A DNA stretch of 64,000 nucleotides from Bacteroidota bacterium (GTDB lineage: Bacteria > Bacteroidota > Bacteroidia > Flavobacteriales > TMED113): assembly GCA_036158635.1 (NCBI GenBank), contig JAYYFR010000006.1:14281-78280 (forward strand). The letters run 5' to 3'. The notes under the pieces were generated by a model that worked only from the letters and a program-made list of their open reading frames with translations, was not told where the DNA came from and ran no database searches. Each line of letters opens with the position of its first letter. Within the stretch, counting starts at the first letter, position 1. The position numbers and the translations under genes were made by a program. Below are positions 39,788 to 49,664 of the stretch, one piece after another.

Positions 39788-40923
39788 AAGATGAGATTTC
39801 AATTCGAAATGTCTTAAAAAATATTTTAGTAGATGAAAACAAAAATTATAAAATTGATGAAGCTTCAAATGGAGAAGAAGGCTTAAAAAAGATATTTTCC
39901 GAAAATTATGATTTGGCTTTGTGTGATATAAAAATGCCAAAATTAGATGGAATTGAAGTTTTAAAAAAAGCTAAAGAACTAGATTATCATCTACCCTTTA
40001 TAATGATTTCAGGACATGGAGATTTAGATACAGCTGTTGAATGTATTAAACTTGGTGCTTATGACTACATCGGGAAACCACCTGATCTAAATAGATTATT
40101 GACAACGATAAGAAACGGATTAAATAATAAAAATTTAAATCAGGAAAACATAATCTTAAAAAAGAAAGTCAAAGATAAATATCAAATGATCGGAGAATCA
40201 AATGAGTTGAAAAAAATTGAGAAAATAATTGAAAAAGTTGCAGGAACAAATAGTAGAGTATTGATAACAGGAGAAAATGGAACCGGTAAAGAATTAGTTG
40301 CACATTCAATCCATGAAAAGAGTAATAGATCGAAAATACCAATGATTGAAGTCAATTGTGCTGCAATTCCTTCAGAGTTAATAGAAAGTGAACTTTTTGG
40401 ACATGAAAAGGGTTCTTTTACATCTGCTAACAAACAAAAGAAGGGAAAATTTGAAATCGCAAATGGCAGTACAATTTTTTTAGATGAAATAGGTGATATG
40501 AGTTTATCAGCTCAAGCTAAAGTTTTAAGGGCTCTTCAAGAAAATAAAATTACAAGAGTTGGTGGAGAAAAAGAAATTGAAATTAATGTTAGAGTAATTG
40601 CTGCAACCAATAAAAATCTAGAAAAAGAAATCCAAGAAGGAAGATTTAGAGAAGACTTATTCCATAGATTAAGTGTAATTAAAATACACGTCCCCTCATT
40701 AAAAGAAAGAAAGGAAGACATACCATTGTTAATTGATTTTTTTTCTAAACAAATATGTAAAGAACAAGGTATAAAAACTAAACATATTGAGCTTGAAGCG
40801 ATTAAAAAAATTACGGAAAAAGAACTCTCTGGAAACATACGACAATTAAAGAATATAATTGAAAGATTAATAATATTATCTGAAAATGAAATTACAGTTG
40901 ATGACGTTATGCTCTATGTTTGA
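39766..40923 (+). CDS. NtrC/NtrX-like response regulator (REC + sigma-54 AAA+), no C-terminal HTH
   Basis: REC with D54 (LCDIKMP), GENGTGKE, ESELFGHEKGSFTSA, FLDEIGDM, FREDLFHRL; ends right after the AAA+ lid. Confidence 0.92.
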   Translation: MARIIIIEDEISIRNVLKNILVDENKNYKIDEASNGEEGLKKIFSENYDLALCDIKMPKLDGIEVLKKAKELDYHLPFIMISGHGDLDTAVECIKLGAYDYIGKPPDLNRLLTTIRNGLNNKNLNQENIILKKKVKDKYQMIGESNELKKIEKIIEKVAGTNSRVLITGENGTGKELVAHSIHEKSNRSKIPMIEVNCAAIPSELIESELFGHEKGSFTSANKQKKGKFEIANGSTIFLDEIGDMSLSAQAKVLRALQENKITRVGGEKEIEINVRVIAATNKNLEKEIQEGRFREDLFHRLSVIKIHVPSLKERKEDIPLLIDFFSKQICKEQGIKTKHIELEAIKKITEKELSGNIRQLKNIIERLIILSENEITVDDVMLYV

Positions 40924-43389
40924 TTAAAGCTCCCCATCTCTAAGAACTGCAGATAAATTTTTATTAAAACTATCATAAATATTCCTCATTTCATTATCTA
41001 TAAATTGATCTGTTAATGTAGCATTATCATTTTGAAAGATAAAGCCCATTGCATAAGATTTTTTACCTTTTTCAATTTTATCTCCCCTATAAACATCAAA
41101 TATTAAAACTTCTCGCAGAACATCAATTGAAGTTTTAAAAGCTAAATTTTTTAATTGCAAAAAGGATATTGTCTCGTCGACTACAAGAGCTAAATCTCGC
41201 CTGACCTTCGGAAACTTAGTAATATTATTAAACTTAATATTTTCTGTAGAAATCAAAGAAGTAAAATAAGACCAATCAATGGAACAATAATATACATTTT
41301 GTTTTATATTAAAATCTGAGACAATTTTTTTTGAAAGAAGACCTAATTTAGCAGTAATATTATTACCAACTTTATATAAAAGTATATTATCAAAAAAATC
41401 ATTATAAATATCATTTGATTTAATATTATTTTTTTCGACTTCAAGAATAAAATTTATACCAAATAAATCAAACAATTTCTCAACTAATCCTTTAGCATGA
41501 AATATATCTAATTTTTCTGCTTCTTTATTCCAATTTTCATTTAAAAAATTTCCTGATAAAAAAATATTTAATTCAGGTTTGTCATAAAATTGTTCGTCAT
41601 TAATATAGACGTTTCCAAACTCATAAAATAATATATTATTATTTTTTCTGTTAACGTTATAACTTATTGCCTCTAAACCGCCAAATAAAAGAGTAGGACG
41701 AAGCACATTCATCTCAGAACTTGAAGCATTTATGATATTAATCCCTAAGTTGCCCAAATTGTATTTGTCTAATATTTTCAAACTTATAAGTGAGTTCGTT
41801 TTTATTTCAAAAAAACCATTATTTGATAAGAAAGTAGAGGTAATTTTTTTGACATTGTTTTCAAAATAAGAGTTCTTATTTTTTGAAACAGGAAAAGAAA
41901 TATTTTTGGCATTTTCTATTTTTTCATAACCATAGATTCTGAGAATTTCTTCAAAAAGGTCAACATCTCTTGTCACATCAAATCTAAAACTTGGAACAGA
42001 AATAGTACATCCTTCAACTAAAGAACCATTATTTAAAATTTCAAAATCTAAATCAAATAAAATTTTTTCAACTATTTCTTTTGGAATGATTTGACCAGTA
42101 ATCTTATTAAATTTTTTAAAAGACCAATCAATTGTTTTTTTTGAAGTATAATTTTTATTTGAAAAAGAAATGATTTCAGAGCTGATTTTTGATTCTGGCA
42201 GTAATTGTTTAATCATTAGGGCGGCTCTTTGTAAAGCATATACACAATTATTATAATCCACTCCCCTTTCAAACCTGTAAGAAGCATCTGTTTGAATAGA
42301 ATGTTTTTTTGAAGATGATCTGATTAAAGAAGGATTAAATGAAGCTGACTCTAAAAAAATATTTTTTGTATTGGAAGAAACAGAAGATTCCTTTCCTCCA
42401 ATTATTCCCGCTAAACAAATAGGCTTATCTGAGTCCGAAATAATTAGATCATCATTTAATTTAATATCTTTACCATCTATTTTTGTAAAATTTTTAAAGC
42501 TTTGGCTTTTTTTAACAATTAATTTATGATTAGTTACTAAATCATAGTCAAATGCATGTAATGGATTTCCTGTTTCAAATAACACGAAATTTGTGACATC
42601 AACAACGTTATTAATTGGATTAATTCCAATTGAGTTTAATTTTTGTTTTAACCAAATAGGAGAGTCTTTAATTGTAACATTTTGAATTGTTAAACCACTA
42701 TAGTATAGTATAAAGCTTTCATCCTCAATTTCTATTGAAAATGGTAAGTTTTTATTGTCAATTTTAAAATCTAAAATTGGTTTTTTTAAATCTAAATTGG
42801 CACCGTTAAGATTAATAACTGATTTTATATCTCTACAAACTCCAATGTGACCAAATGCATCTGTTCTATTTGGAGTTAATCCAATTTCAAAGATATAATC
42901 TTGTTTTAGTTTAAAATAATCTTGAAAACTTTGACCGACTTTAAAATTTAACTTTTTATCAAGCTCCATTATTCCTTTATTACTATCTCCAAAACCAATT
43001 TCAAACTCAGAACATATCATTCCCTCAGAGTATTCACCTCTTATTTTTACTTTTTTAATAGTAAGAGTTTCATTATTTAAATTAGTTATAGTAGTCCCCA
43101 CCATTGCCACAACCACAAACATATCTTTTTTAATATTAGTCGCACCACAAATTATATTTTTAGTAGAATTTCCTAAATCTACTTTTGTAATTTTTAATTT
43201 ATCTGCATTAGGATGTTTTTTGTAATCTAAAACTTTACCAATAACCAACTTATTAAAAGATTCAAAATCATGAAATCTTGGAGACATCTTTTCCACTTCA
43301 AGACCAGAGTTTGTTAGAATATTAGATATTTCTTCAGGAGAAGATTTAAAATCTAAATAATCTTTTAACCAATTGTAAGAAACTTTCAT
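40924..43389 (-). CDS. pheT: Phenylalanyl-tRNA synthetase beta subunit
   Basis: SYNWLKDY, HPNADKL, LTPNRTD, RFERGVD, FPKVRRDLAL. Confidence 0.97.
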   Translation of the reverse strand: MKVSYNWLKDYLDFKSSPEEISNILTNSGLEVEKMSPRFHDFESFNKLVIGKVLDYKKHPNADKLKITKVDLGNSTKNIICGATNIKKDMFVVVAMVGTTITNLNNETLTIKKVKIRGEYSEGMICSEFEIGFGDSNKGIMELDKKLNFKVGQSFQDYFKLKQDYIFEIGLTPNRTDAFGHIGVCRDIKSVINLNGANLDLKKPILDFKIDNKNLPFSIEIEDESFILYYSGLTIQNVTIKDSPIWLKQKLNSIGINPINNVVDVTNFVLFETGNPLHAFDYDLVTNHKLIVKKSQSFKNFTKIDGKDIKLNDDLIISDSDKPICLAGIIGGKESSVSSNTKNIFLESASFNPSLIRSSSKKHSIQTDASYRFERGVDYNNCVYALQRAALMIKQLLPESKISSEIISFSNKNYTSKKTIDWSFKKFNKITGQIIPKEIVEKILFDLDFEILNNGSLVEGCTISVPSFRFDVTRDVDLFEEILRIYGYEKIENAKNISFPVSKNKNSYFENNVKKITSTFLSNNGFFEIKTNSLISLKILDKYNLGNLGINIINASSSEMNVLRPTLLFGGLEAISYNVNRKNNNILFYEFGNVYINDEQFYDKPELNIFLSGNFLNENWNKEAEKLDIFHAKGLVEKLFDLFGINFILEVEKNNIKSNDIYNDFFDNILLYKVGNNITAKLGLLSKKIVSDFNIKQNVYYCSIDWSYFTSLISTENIKFNNITKFPKVRRDLALVVDETISFLQLKNLAFKTSIDVLREVLIFDVYRGDKIEKGKKSYAMGFIFQNDNATLTDQFIDNEMRNIYDSFNKNLSAVLRDGEL

Positions 43390-43439
43390 TTAAAATATTT
43401 GTAGTAAATGTAAAAAATTAATCAATCATAAATAATTTT

Positions 43440-45539
43440 TTATGAAATTCTTGCCCACTTTATTTGTTCCGAATAATTTTTTATAAAATATTTTTTTATC
43501 ATTTTATTTTTTGGATTTATTAATTCCTTATCAAATTCTAATAACTTATTTGCACTTTTTCTTGCTTCAACTAATATTCCAGTATCTTTAACTAAGTTTG
43601 ATATTTTTAAATTTAATAATCCGCTTTGTCTAGTACCCATTATATCTCCCGGCCCTCTTAATTTCAAATCCGCCTCAGAAATATCAAAACCATTAGAGGA
43701 TTCTACCAAAACATTTATTCTATACTTAGCTTCATGACTTAATTTATATGGGGTTTTTAAAATGCAGTATGACTGTGTATTACCTCTTCCCACCCTTCCT
43801 CTAAGTTGGTGTAATTGAGCTAAACCAAAACGCTCAGCATTTTCAATTAACATAATTGATGCATTTTTTACGTCTAAACCCACCTCAATTACAGTAGTTG
43901 ATACTAGAATTTGACTTTTCTTATTTAAAAAATCCTCCATATGTTGAGTCTTTTCATCTACTTTCATATTTCCATGTAGCATAGAGACAACAAAACCAAA
44001 TCTTGAAAAATAATTACTTAAAAAATTATAACCTGAAAATAAATTTTTATAGTCTAACTTTTCGCTTTCTTCAATTAAAGGATATATAACATAAACTTGT
44101 TGACCTAATTCAATTTTTTCTCTTAAGAATGACAAAACTCCTTCTTTATCTTTATCAAACTTATGGACTGTTTTTATTTCTTTTCTTCCCGGGGGCAATT
44201 CATTAATTACTGAAACGTCTAGATCTCCGTAAAATGTCATTGCTAAAGTCCTTGGAATTGGAGTTGCAGTTAATACAATTACGTGAGGGTCTAAAATTGA
44301 TTTTTTTGATAATTTTGCTCTTTGTGCTACACCAAACTTATGTTGTTCGTCTATAACAACTAAACCTAAATTATTAAATACTACAGAATCTTCAATTAAA
44401 GCATGAGTTCCAATAATTATATCAGTCAAACCATTTTCTAGGTTTGATAAAATTTTCTTTCTATCAGATTTTTTAGTTGCACCAGTTAATAATGAAATAT
44501 TTAATTCTAAATCTTTACAAATAGTAAGAAGTGTTCTAAAATGTTGAGAGGCTAAAACAGATGTTGGAACCATCAGAACACCCTGATAACCGTTATCAAC
44601 ACACATCATCAATGACATCAAAGCAACAACTGTTTTTCCAGAACCTACATCTCCCTGAATTAACCTGTTCATTTTATAACCACTCAATACATCCTTCCTA
44701 ACATCTCTAATTACTTTTTTTTGCGCTTCAGTTAATTCAAATGGAAGGGATTTAAAAAAAGAATTAAATTTATTTCCAATTTTTTTGAATAAATAAGATT
44801 TAATTTTTTTATTGACAGATTTTTTAGATAGAATTGAAAGTTGTAAAAAAAATAATTCTTCGAATTTCATTCTAAAAATTGCTTGATTCAATTTTTCCTT
44901 GCTTTCTGGAAAGTGTATGTTGTTTATTGCCTCAGATCTTGAAATTAATTTGTATTTATTAATAATATCTAATGAAAAATTTTCTAAAATTTTCCCCCTC
45001 AATTTATCTAATGCCGTACGGATTATTTTTTTAATTAGTTTCGTTTGAATGTTATTGCTCTTAAGCTTTTCAGTAGAACTATACATAGGCTGGAAACTAG
45101 TAGAAAAATCAGTATTTATATTTTCAACTAATTCCATTTCTGGATGAACAAAAGAATAAACCCCATTAAATAAGTTTGGCTTCCCAAAAACGATGTATTT
45201 TTTTGAAATTTCAAGAAATTTTTTAATCCATAAAATTCGTTTAAAAAAAATTAAATTTATTTCAGATTCTTCATCATAAAATAAAACAATTAATCTTTTC
45301 TTCCTTCCAAAACCTTCTTCTTTAATTGATTTAACAGTACCTACTATTTGTATATCAAGATTTGCACTATTAATTTGATTAATTTTATGAAAATTAGTTC
45401 TGTCTATATATCTGTAAGGAAAAAAATACAGTAAATCTTCCAAAGTCTTTATTCCTAATTCCTCATTTATTATAGAAGCTCTTTGGGGACCTACTCCTTT
45501 TAAATATTCTATAGAAGAATCAATCATAAAATTAGTCAA
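43440..45539 (-). CDS. recG: ATP-dependent DNA helicase RecG
   Basis: LKGVGP, QGDVGSGKT, DEQHKFGV, TATPIPRTL, QLHQLRGRVGRG; exact start uncertain (45539 or 45527). Confidence 0.97.
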   Translation of the reverse strand: MTNFMIDSSIEYLKGVGPQRASIINEELGIKTLEDLLYFFPYRYIDRTNFHKINQINSANLDIQIVGTVKSIKEEGFGRKKRLIVLFYDEESEINLIFFKRILWIKKFLEISKKYIVFGKPNLFNGVYSFVHPEMELVENINTDFSTSFQPMYSSTEKLKSNNIQTKLIKKIIRTALDKLRGKILENFSLDIINKYKLISRSEAINNIHFPESKEKLNQAIFRMKFEELFFLQLSILSKKSVNKKIKSYLFKKIGNKFNSFFKSLPFELTEAQKKVIRDVRKDVLSGYKMNRLIQGDVGSGKTVVALMSLMMCVDNGYQGVLMVPTSVLASQHFRTLLTICKDLELNISLLTGATKKSDRKKILSNLENGLTDIIIGTHALIEDSVVFNNLGLVVIDEQHKFGVAQRAKLSKKSILDPHVIVLTATPIPRTLAMTFYGDLDVSVINELPPGRKEIKTVHKFDKDKEGVLSFLREKIELGQQVYVIYPLIEESEKLDYKNLFSGYNFLSNYFSRFGFVVSMLHGNMKVDEKTQHMEDFLNKKSQILVSTTVIEVGLDVKNASIMLIENAERFGLAQLHQLRGRVGRGNTQSYCILKTPYKLSHEAKYRINVLVESSNGFDISEADLKLRGPGDIMGTRQSGLLNLKISNLVKDTGILVEARKSANKLLEFDKELINPKNKMIKKYFIKNYSEQIKWARIS

Positions 45540-47766
45540 TTTTTTTTGACAAAGAATTATAGTATTTTTCTTTTAAAACATTAATTTTTCCAAAATCAAT
45601 ATCATCAATTAGAACTTTTTCTTTACAAACAAAACCTAATTTATAAAAAGGAAATTTTGAATTCTTCATGATTTTCTTGAAATCTTTATCTTTTTTAGGG
45701 CTTATAGATACTAAAACTCTGCTTTGAGATTCTCCAAATAAATATGCATCTTGTCTAAATAACTGATCCGTGTATACCTCACATCCTAAATTTCTAGGAA
45801 ATAAGCTTTCAACTAATGCAGTAAACAGCCCTCCTTCTGAAATGTCATGAGCAGATTCCAAAAACCCTCTTTTGACTAAGTCTTTCATAACTAAGTGTAA
45901 TTTATACTCTGTTTCTAAATCAAAAAATGGAACTGGACTTTCTTCGATATTTAATATATTCACAAGGTACTCCGATGAAGAAATATCATCTTTGGACGGG
46001 CCAAGTAAATAAATTATATCTTTTTCATTTTTAAAATCTAAAGTTGTAAAATTCTTTTTTTCTTCCATGACTCCTAACATACCAATGGTTGGAGTTGGAA
46101 AACAAGGTTCAACACTTTTATTTTTACTTGTTTGATTATAAAAACTTACATTACCACCTGTAACAGGGGTTTTAAACTTTTTACAGGCATTAGACATTCC
46201 CTGTATAGAACCAACAAATTGCCAATAAACCTCCGGGTCATATGGATTTCCAAAATTTAAACAATTTGTTATGGCAGTAGGATTTGCTCCAGAACATATG
46301 ATATTTCTTGCAGCTTCAGCTACTGCTATTTCACATCCAACTTTAGGATCGGCTTTAACATATCTTGAATTACAATCAACAGAGAAAGCAAGGCATTTAT
46401 TTGTTCCTTTTAAATTAACAACAGCAGCATCTGATGGATTATTAGTGGTCATATTAACAGTTCCAACCATTGAGTCGTATTGTTCATAAACCCATTTTTT
46501 AGAACAAATATTTGGTAATGAAATGAGTTGATGAGCTACATTAACGATATCATAAGGAATGGCAATGTTATTTATATCAAACTTCTTTAACTCGTTGTAA
46601 TAAGATGGTTCTTTATAATCTCTTTTATAAACTGGTGCTCCTCCACCCAAAACTAAAGCCTCTGCCGGAACATTAGCAACAATGTTATTGTTAAATGAAA
46701 ATATTAAATCATTTCCGTCTGTTACAACCCCAACTTTTTCACAATTTAAGTCCCATTTTTCAAATATTTTTTTCACTATTTTTTCTTTACCTTTTTTAAC
46801 CACCACTAACATTCTTTCCTGAGATTCAGATAAAAGAATTTCAAATGGTTTCATATTTTTTTGTCTAGTTGGAATTTTATCCAAATTAATTTTCATTCCG
46901 CACCCTCCAGAGGAACTCATTTCTGAAGTTGAACAAATAATTCCAGCTGCTCCCATGTCCTGCATTCCTATTATAGCATCTGTCATACTTAATTCCATCG
47001 TCGCTTCTAATAATAACTTTTCTTGAAATGGATCTCCAACCTGTACTGAGGGAATATCATCAGCGGAATCTTCGGTTAAATCTTTTGATGCAAAGGCAGC
47101 TCCATTAATACCATCTTTTCCAGTGGAAGAACCAACAATAAAAACAGGATTTCCTTTTCCTGAAGCTGTAGCAGAAATAACATTTTTAGTATTTACTACC
47201 CCAGCAGAAAATGCATTAACTAAAGGGTTTGTATTATAACTCTTGTCAAAGTAAACTTCACCACCAACGATTGGTATTCCAAATGAATTTCCATAATCAC
47301 CGATTCCTTTAACAACCCCTTTCATAAGCCATTTAGTGTGCGGTAAATTAATATCTCCAAATCTTAAAGAATTTAATTGAGCTATCGGTCTGGCTCCCAT
47401 TGTAAATATATCTCTGTTAATTCCCCCAACGCCAGTTGCTGCTCCTTGATAGGGCTCCAAGGCAGATGGGTGATTGTGTGATTCTATTTTAAAAACACAA
47501 GCTAATCCATCTCCTATATCAACTAAACCAGCGTTTTCTTCCCCAGCTTCAATTAAAATTTTCGAGCCTTTTTTTGGTAATTTCTTTAACCAAAGTATAG
47601 AATTTTTATAAGAACAGTGTTCAGACCACATCACTGAAAAAATACATAACTCTGTGTAGTTAGGTTTTCTATTTAAAATATTACAAATTTGATCATATTC
47701 TTCAGACAAAAGACCCATTTCAACAGCATCTCCAAGGTCAGCATTTTTTGGCGTATATTTTTCCAT
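45532..47766 (-). CDS. purL: Phosphoribosylformylglycinamidine synthase subunit PurL (small type)
   Basis: MWSEHCSYK, KIESHNHPS, QDMGAAG, LSESQERM, GGNVSFYN. Confidence 0.98.
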   Translation of the reverse strand: MEKYTPKNADLGDAVEMGLLSEEYDQICNILNRKPNYTELCIFSVMWSEHCSYKNSILWLKKLPKKGSKILIEAGEENAGLVDIGDGLACVFKIESHNHPSALEPYQGAATGVGGINRDIFTMGARPIAQLNSLRFGDINLPHTKWLMKGVVKGIGDYGNSFGIPIVGGEVYFDKSYNTNPLVNAFSAGVVNTKNVISATASGKGNPVFIVGSSTGKDGINGAAFASKDLTEDSADDIPSVQVGDPFQEKLLLEATMELSMTDAIIGMQDMGAAGIICSTSEMSSSGGCGMKINLDKIPTRQKNMKPFEILLSESQERMLVVVKKGKEKIVKKIFEKWDLNCEKVGVVTDGNDLIFSFNNNIVANVPAEALVLGGGAPVYKRDYKEPSYYNELKKFDINNIAIPYDIVNVAHQLISLPNICSKKWVYEQYDSMVGTVNMTTNNPSDAAVVNLKGTNKCLAFSVDCNSRYVKADPKVGCEIAVAEAARNIICSGANPTAITNCLNFGNPYDPEVYWQFVGSIQGMSNACKKFKTPVTGGNVSFYNQTSKNKSVEPCFPTPTIGMLGVMEEKKNFTTLDFKNEKDIIYLLGPSKDDISSSEYLVNILNIEESPVPFFDLETEYKLHLVMKDLVKRGFLESAHDISEGGLFTALVESLFPRNLGCEVYTDQLFRQDAYLFGESQSRVLVSISPKKDKDFKKIMKNSKFPFYKLGFVCKEKVLIDDIDFGKINVLKEKYYNSLSKKID

Positions 47767-47873
47767 TTAAATTTGAGAAATTGATTAACATGAAAAATGA
47801 ATATAAAAATAAAAATTTAACTTTTAAATTTTTATTTTCTTAAATTGTAAACATAACCCAAAATTTATTTTAA

Positions 47874-49664
47874 ATGGAAGATTTAAAAATATTTAACCTT
47901 GACAGAAGGTATGCAAATCTATTTGATAAAGAAGATATGATTGCGGGAAGAAAAAATGGTAAATGGAAAAAATACAGTTGTAGTGAATATATTCAAACTT
48001 CTGATTCTATTGGTAGCGGCTTATTAAATTTAGGAATTACAAAAGGAGACAAGGTATGTATTATTTCAAGTAACAGAGCAGAATGGAGTTTATGTGATAT
48101 GGGAATTAATAAAATTGGTGCAATTAATACTCCTTTGTATCCCAATATAACCAGAGCAGAATATAAGTACATAATTAAAGACTCTGAAGCAAAACTAATT
48201 TTTGTGGAAAATGATGAAATATATAAAAAGATTGAAGGTCTTGAAAATGAAGTCAAAACGTTAAAATTTATTTTTTCTTTTGATAAATTATCAAATGTAA
48301 AAAATTGGGAAGAATTAATTGAATTAGGTTTAACAACCCCTCAGTTTGAAAAAATGAATGCTATTCAAAATTCCATTTCTGACGATGATTTATTTACTTT
48401 AATTTACACTTCTGGAACCACAGGAAATCCTAAAGGAGTAATGATTACTCATTCAAATATAATTAGCCAAATTTCAGCTTTAAAAGATACTTTAGATTGG
48501 GGAAAAAATGATAGAGCTATTAGTTTTCTTCCCTTATCTCATGTTTTTGAAAGAATGGTAGAATATTTTTACATGTTCAAAGGGGTTTCAATTTATTATG
48601 GAAGTATTGAAAATATTGGAGAAGATTTGAAATCAATTCAGCCAACATTAATGCCAACTGTTCCTAGATTATTAGAAAAAGTATATGATAAAATCATGAC
48701 TAAAGGTGAGTCTTTAACAGGTATTAAAAGAAAGTTATTTTTTTGGGCCGTAAATCTTGGACTCAAACATGAATACAATGGAAAAAATGGAGTTTGGTAT
48801 GAAATTCAATTAAAAATTGCAAATAAATTAATTTTCAATAAATGGAGAGAAGCAGTTGGGGGAAGAATGAGAATGATTATTTGTGGTTCTGCTGCTTTGC
48901 AAGAAAGACTTGCAAGAATTTTTACAGCCGCGAAAATGCCAGTTAGTGAAGGATATGGTTTAACAGAAACATCCCCTGTTGTTTCTGTTAATTTTGCAAA
49001 CTCAAAGGATGCTTGTTATGGAACAGTAGGACCAATGATTCAAGGAGTAAAAGTCAAAATTAATCATGAGGATGGGATGAGAGAAGGAGAAGGTGAAATA
49101 CTTGTAAAGGGGGCAAACGTAATGTTAGGATATTATAATAAGCCTGATGAAACAAAAAAAGTAATTGATAATAATGGTTGGTTTCACACTGGTGATATAG
49201 GTACATTAATTGAGGGTAAATATTTAAAAATAACAGATAGAAAAAAAGAGATATTTAAAACGTCAGGGGGGAAATACATTGCTCCTCAGGTCATGGAAAA
49301 TAAATTTAAACAATCTATTTTCATAGAGCAACTTATGGTGCTAGGAGAAAATGAAAAACATCCTGCGGCATTTATAGTTCCAGATTTTGCCTTCCTGAAA
49401 GATTGGTGTAAGGATAACAAAATTAACTTTTCGAGTCCTGAAGAAATTGTTAGAAATCCAAAAATTTTAGAACTATTTGACAAAGAAGTTAAAAAATATA
49501 ATGAGTATTTTAGTCACTATGAACAAATAAAGAAATTTATTTTACTAGGTAACTCATGGTCGCCCGATGGTGGAGAGCTAACAGCAACATTAAAATTAAA
49601 GAGAAGGAATATTTTAGAGAAGTACTCTGATTTATACTTAAAAATATTTGAAAAAAATGTATAA
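47874..49664 (+). CDS. fadD: Long-chain fatty-acid--CoA ligase
   Basis: YTSGTTGNPKG, EGYGLTETSP, GWFHTGDIG, DRKKEIFKTSGGKYIAP. Confidence 0.92.
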   Translation: MEDLKIFNLDRRYANLFDKEDMIAGRKNGKWKKYSCSEYIQTSDSIGSGLLNLGITKGDKVCIISSNRAEWSLCDMGINKIGAINTPLYPNITRAEYKYIIKDSEAKLIFVENDEIYKKIEGLENEVKTLKFIFSFDKLSNVKNWEELIELGLTTPQFEKMNAIQNSISDDDLFTLIYTSGTTGNPKGVMITHSNIISQISALKDTLDWGKNDRAISFLPLSHVFERMVEYFYMFKGVSIYYGSIENIGEDLKSIQPTLMPTVPRLLEKVYDKIMTKGESLTGIKRKLFFWAVNLGLKHEYNGKNGVWYEIQLKIANKLIFNKWREAVGGRMRMIICGSAALQERLARIFTAAKMPVSEGYGLTETSPVVSVNFANSKDACYGTVGPMIQGVKVKINHEDGMREGEGEILVKGANVMLGYYNKPDETKKVIDNNGWFHTGDIGTLIEGKYLKITDRKKEIFKTSGGKYIAPQVMENKFKQSIFIEQLMVLGENEKHPAAFIVPDFAFLKDWCKDNKINFSSPEEIVRNPKILELFDKEVKKYNEYFSHYEQIKKFILLGNSWSPDGGELTATLKLKRRNILEKYSDLYLKIFEKNV

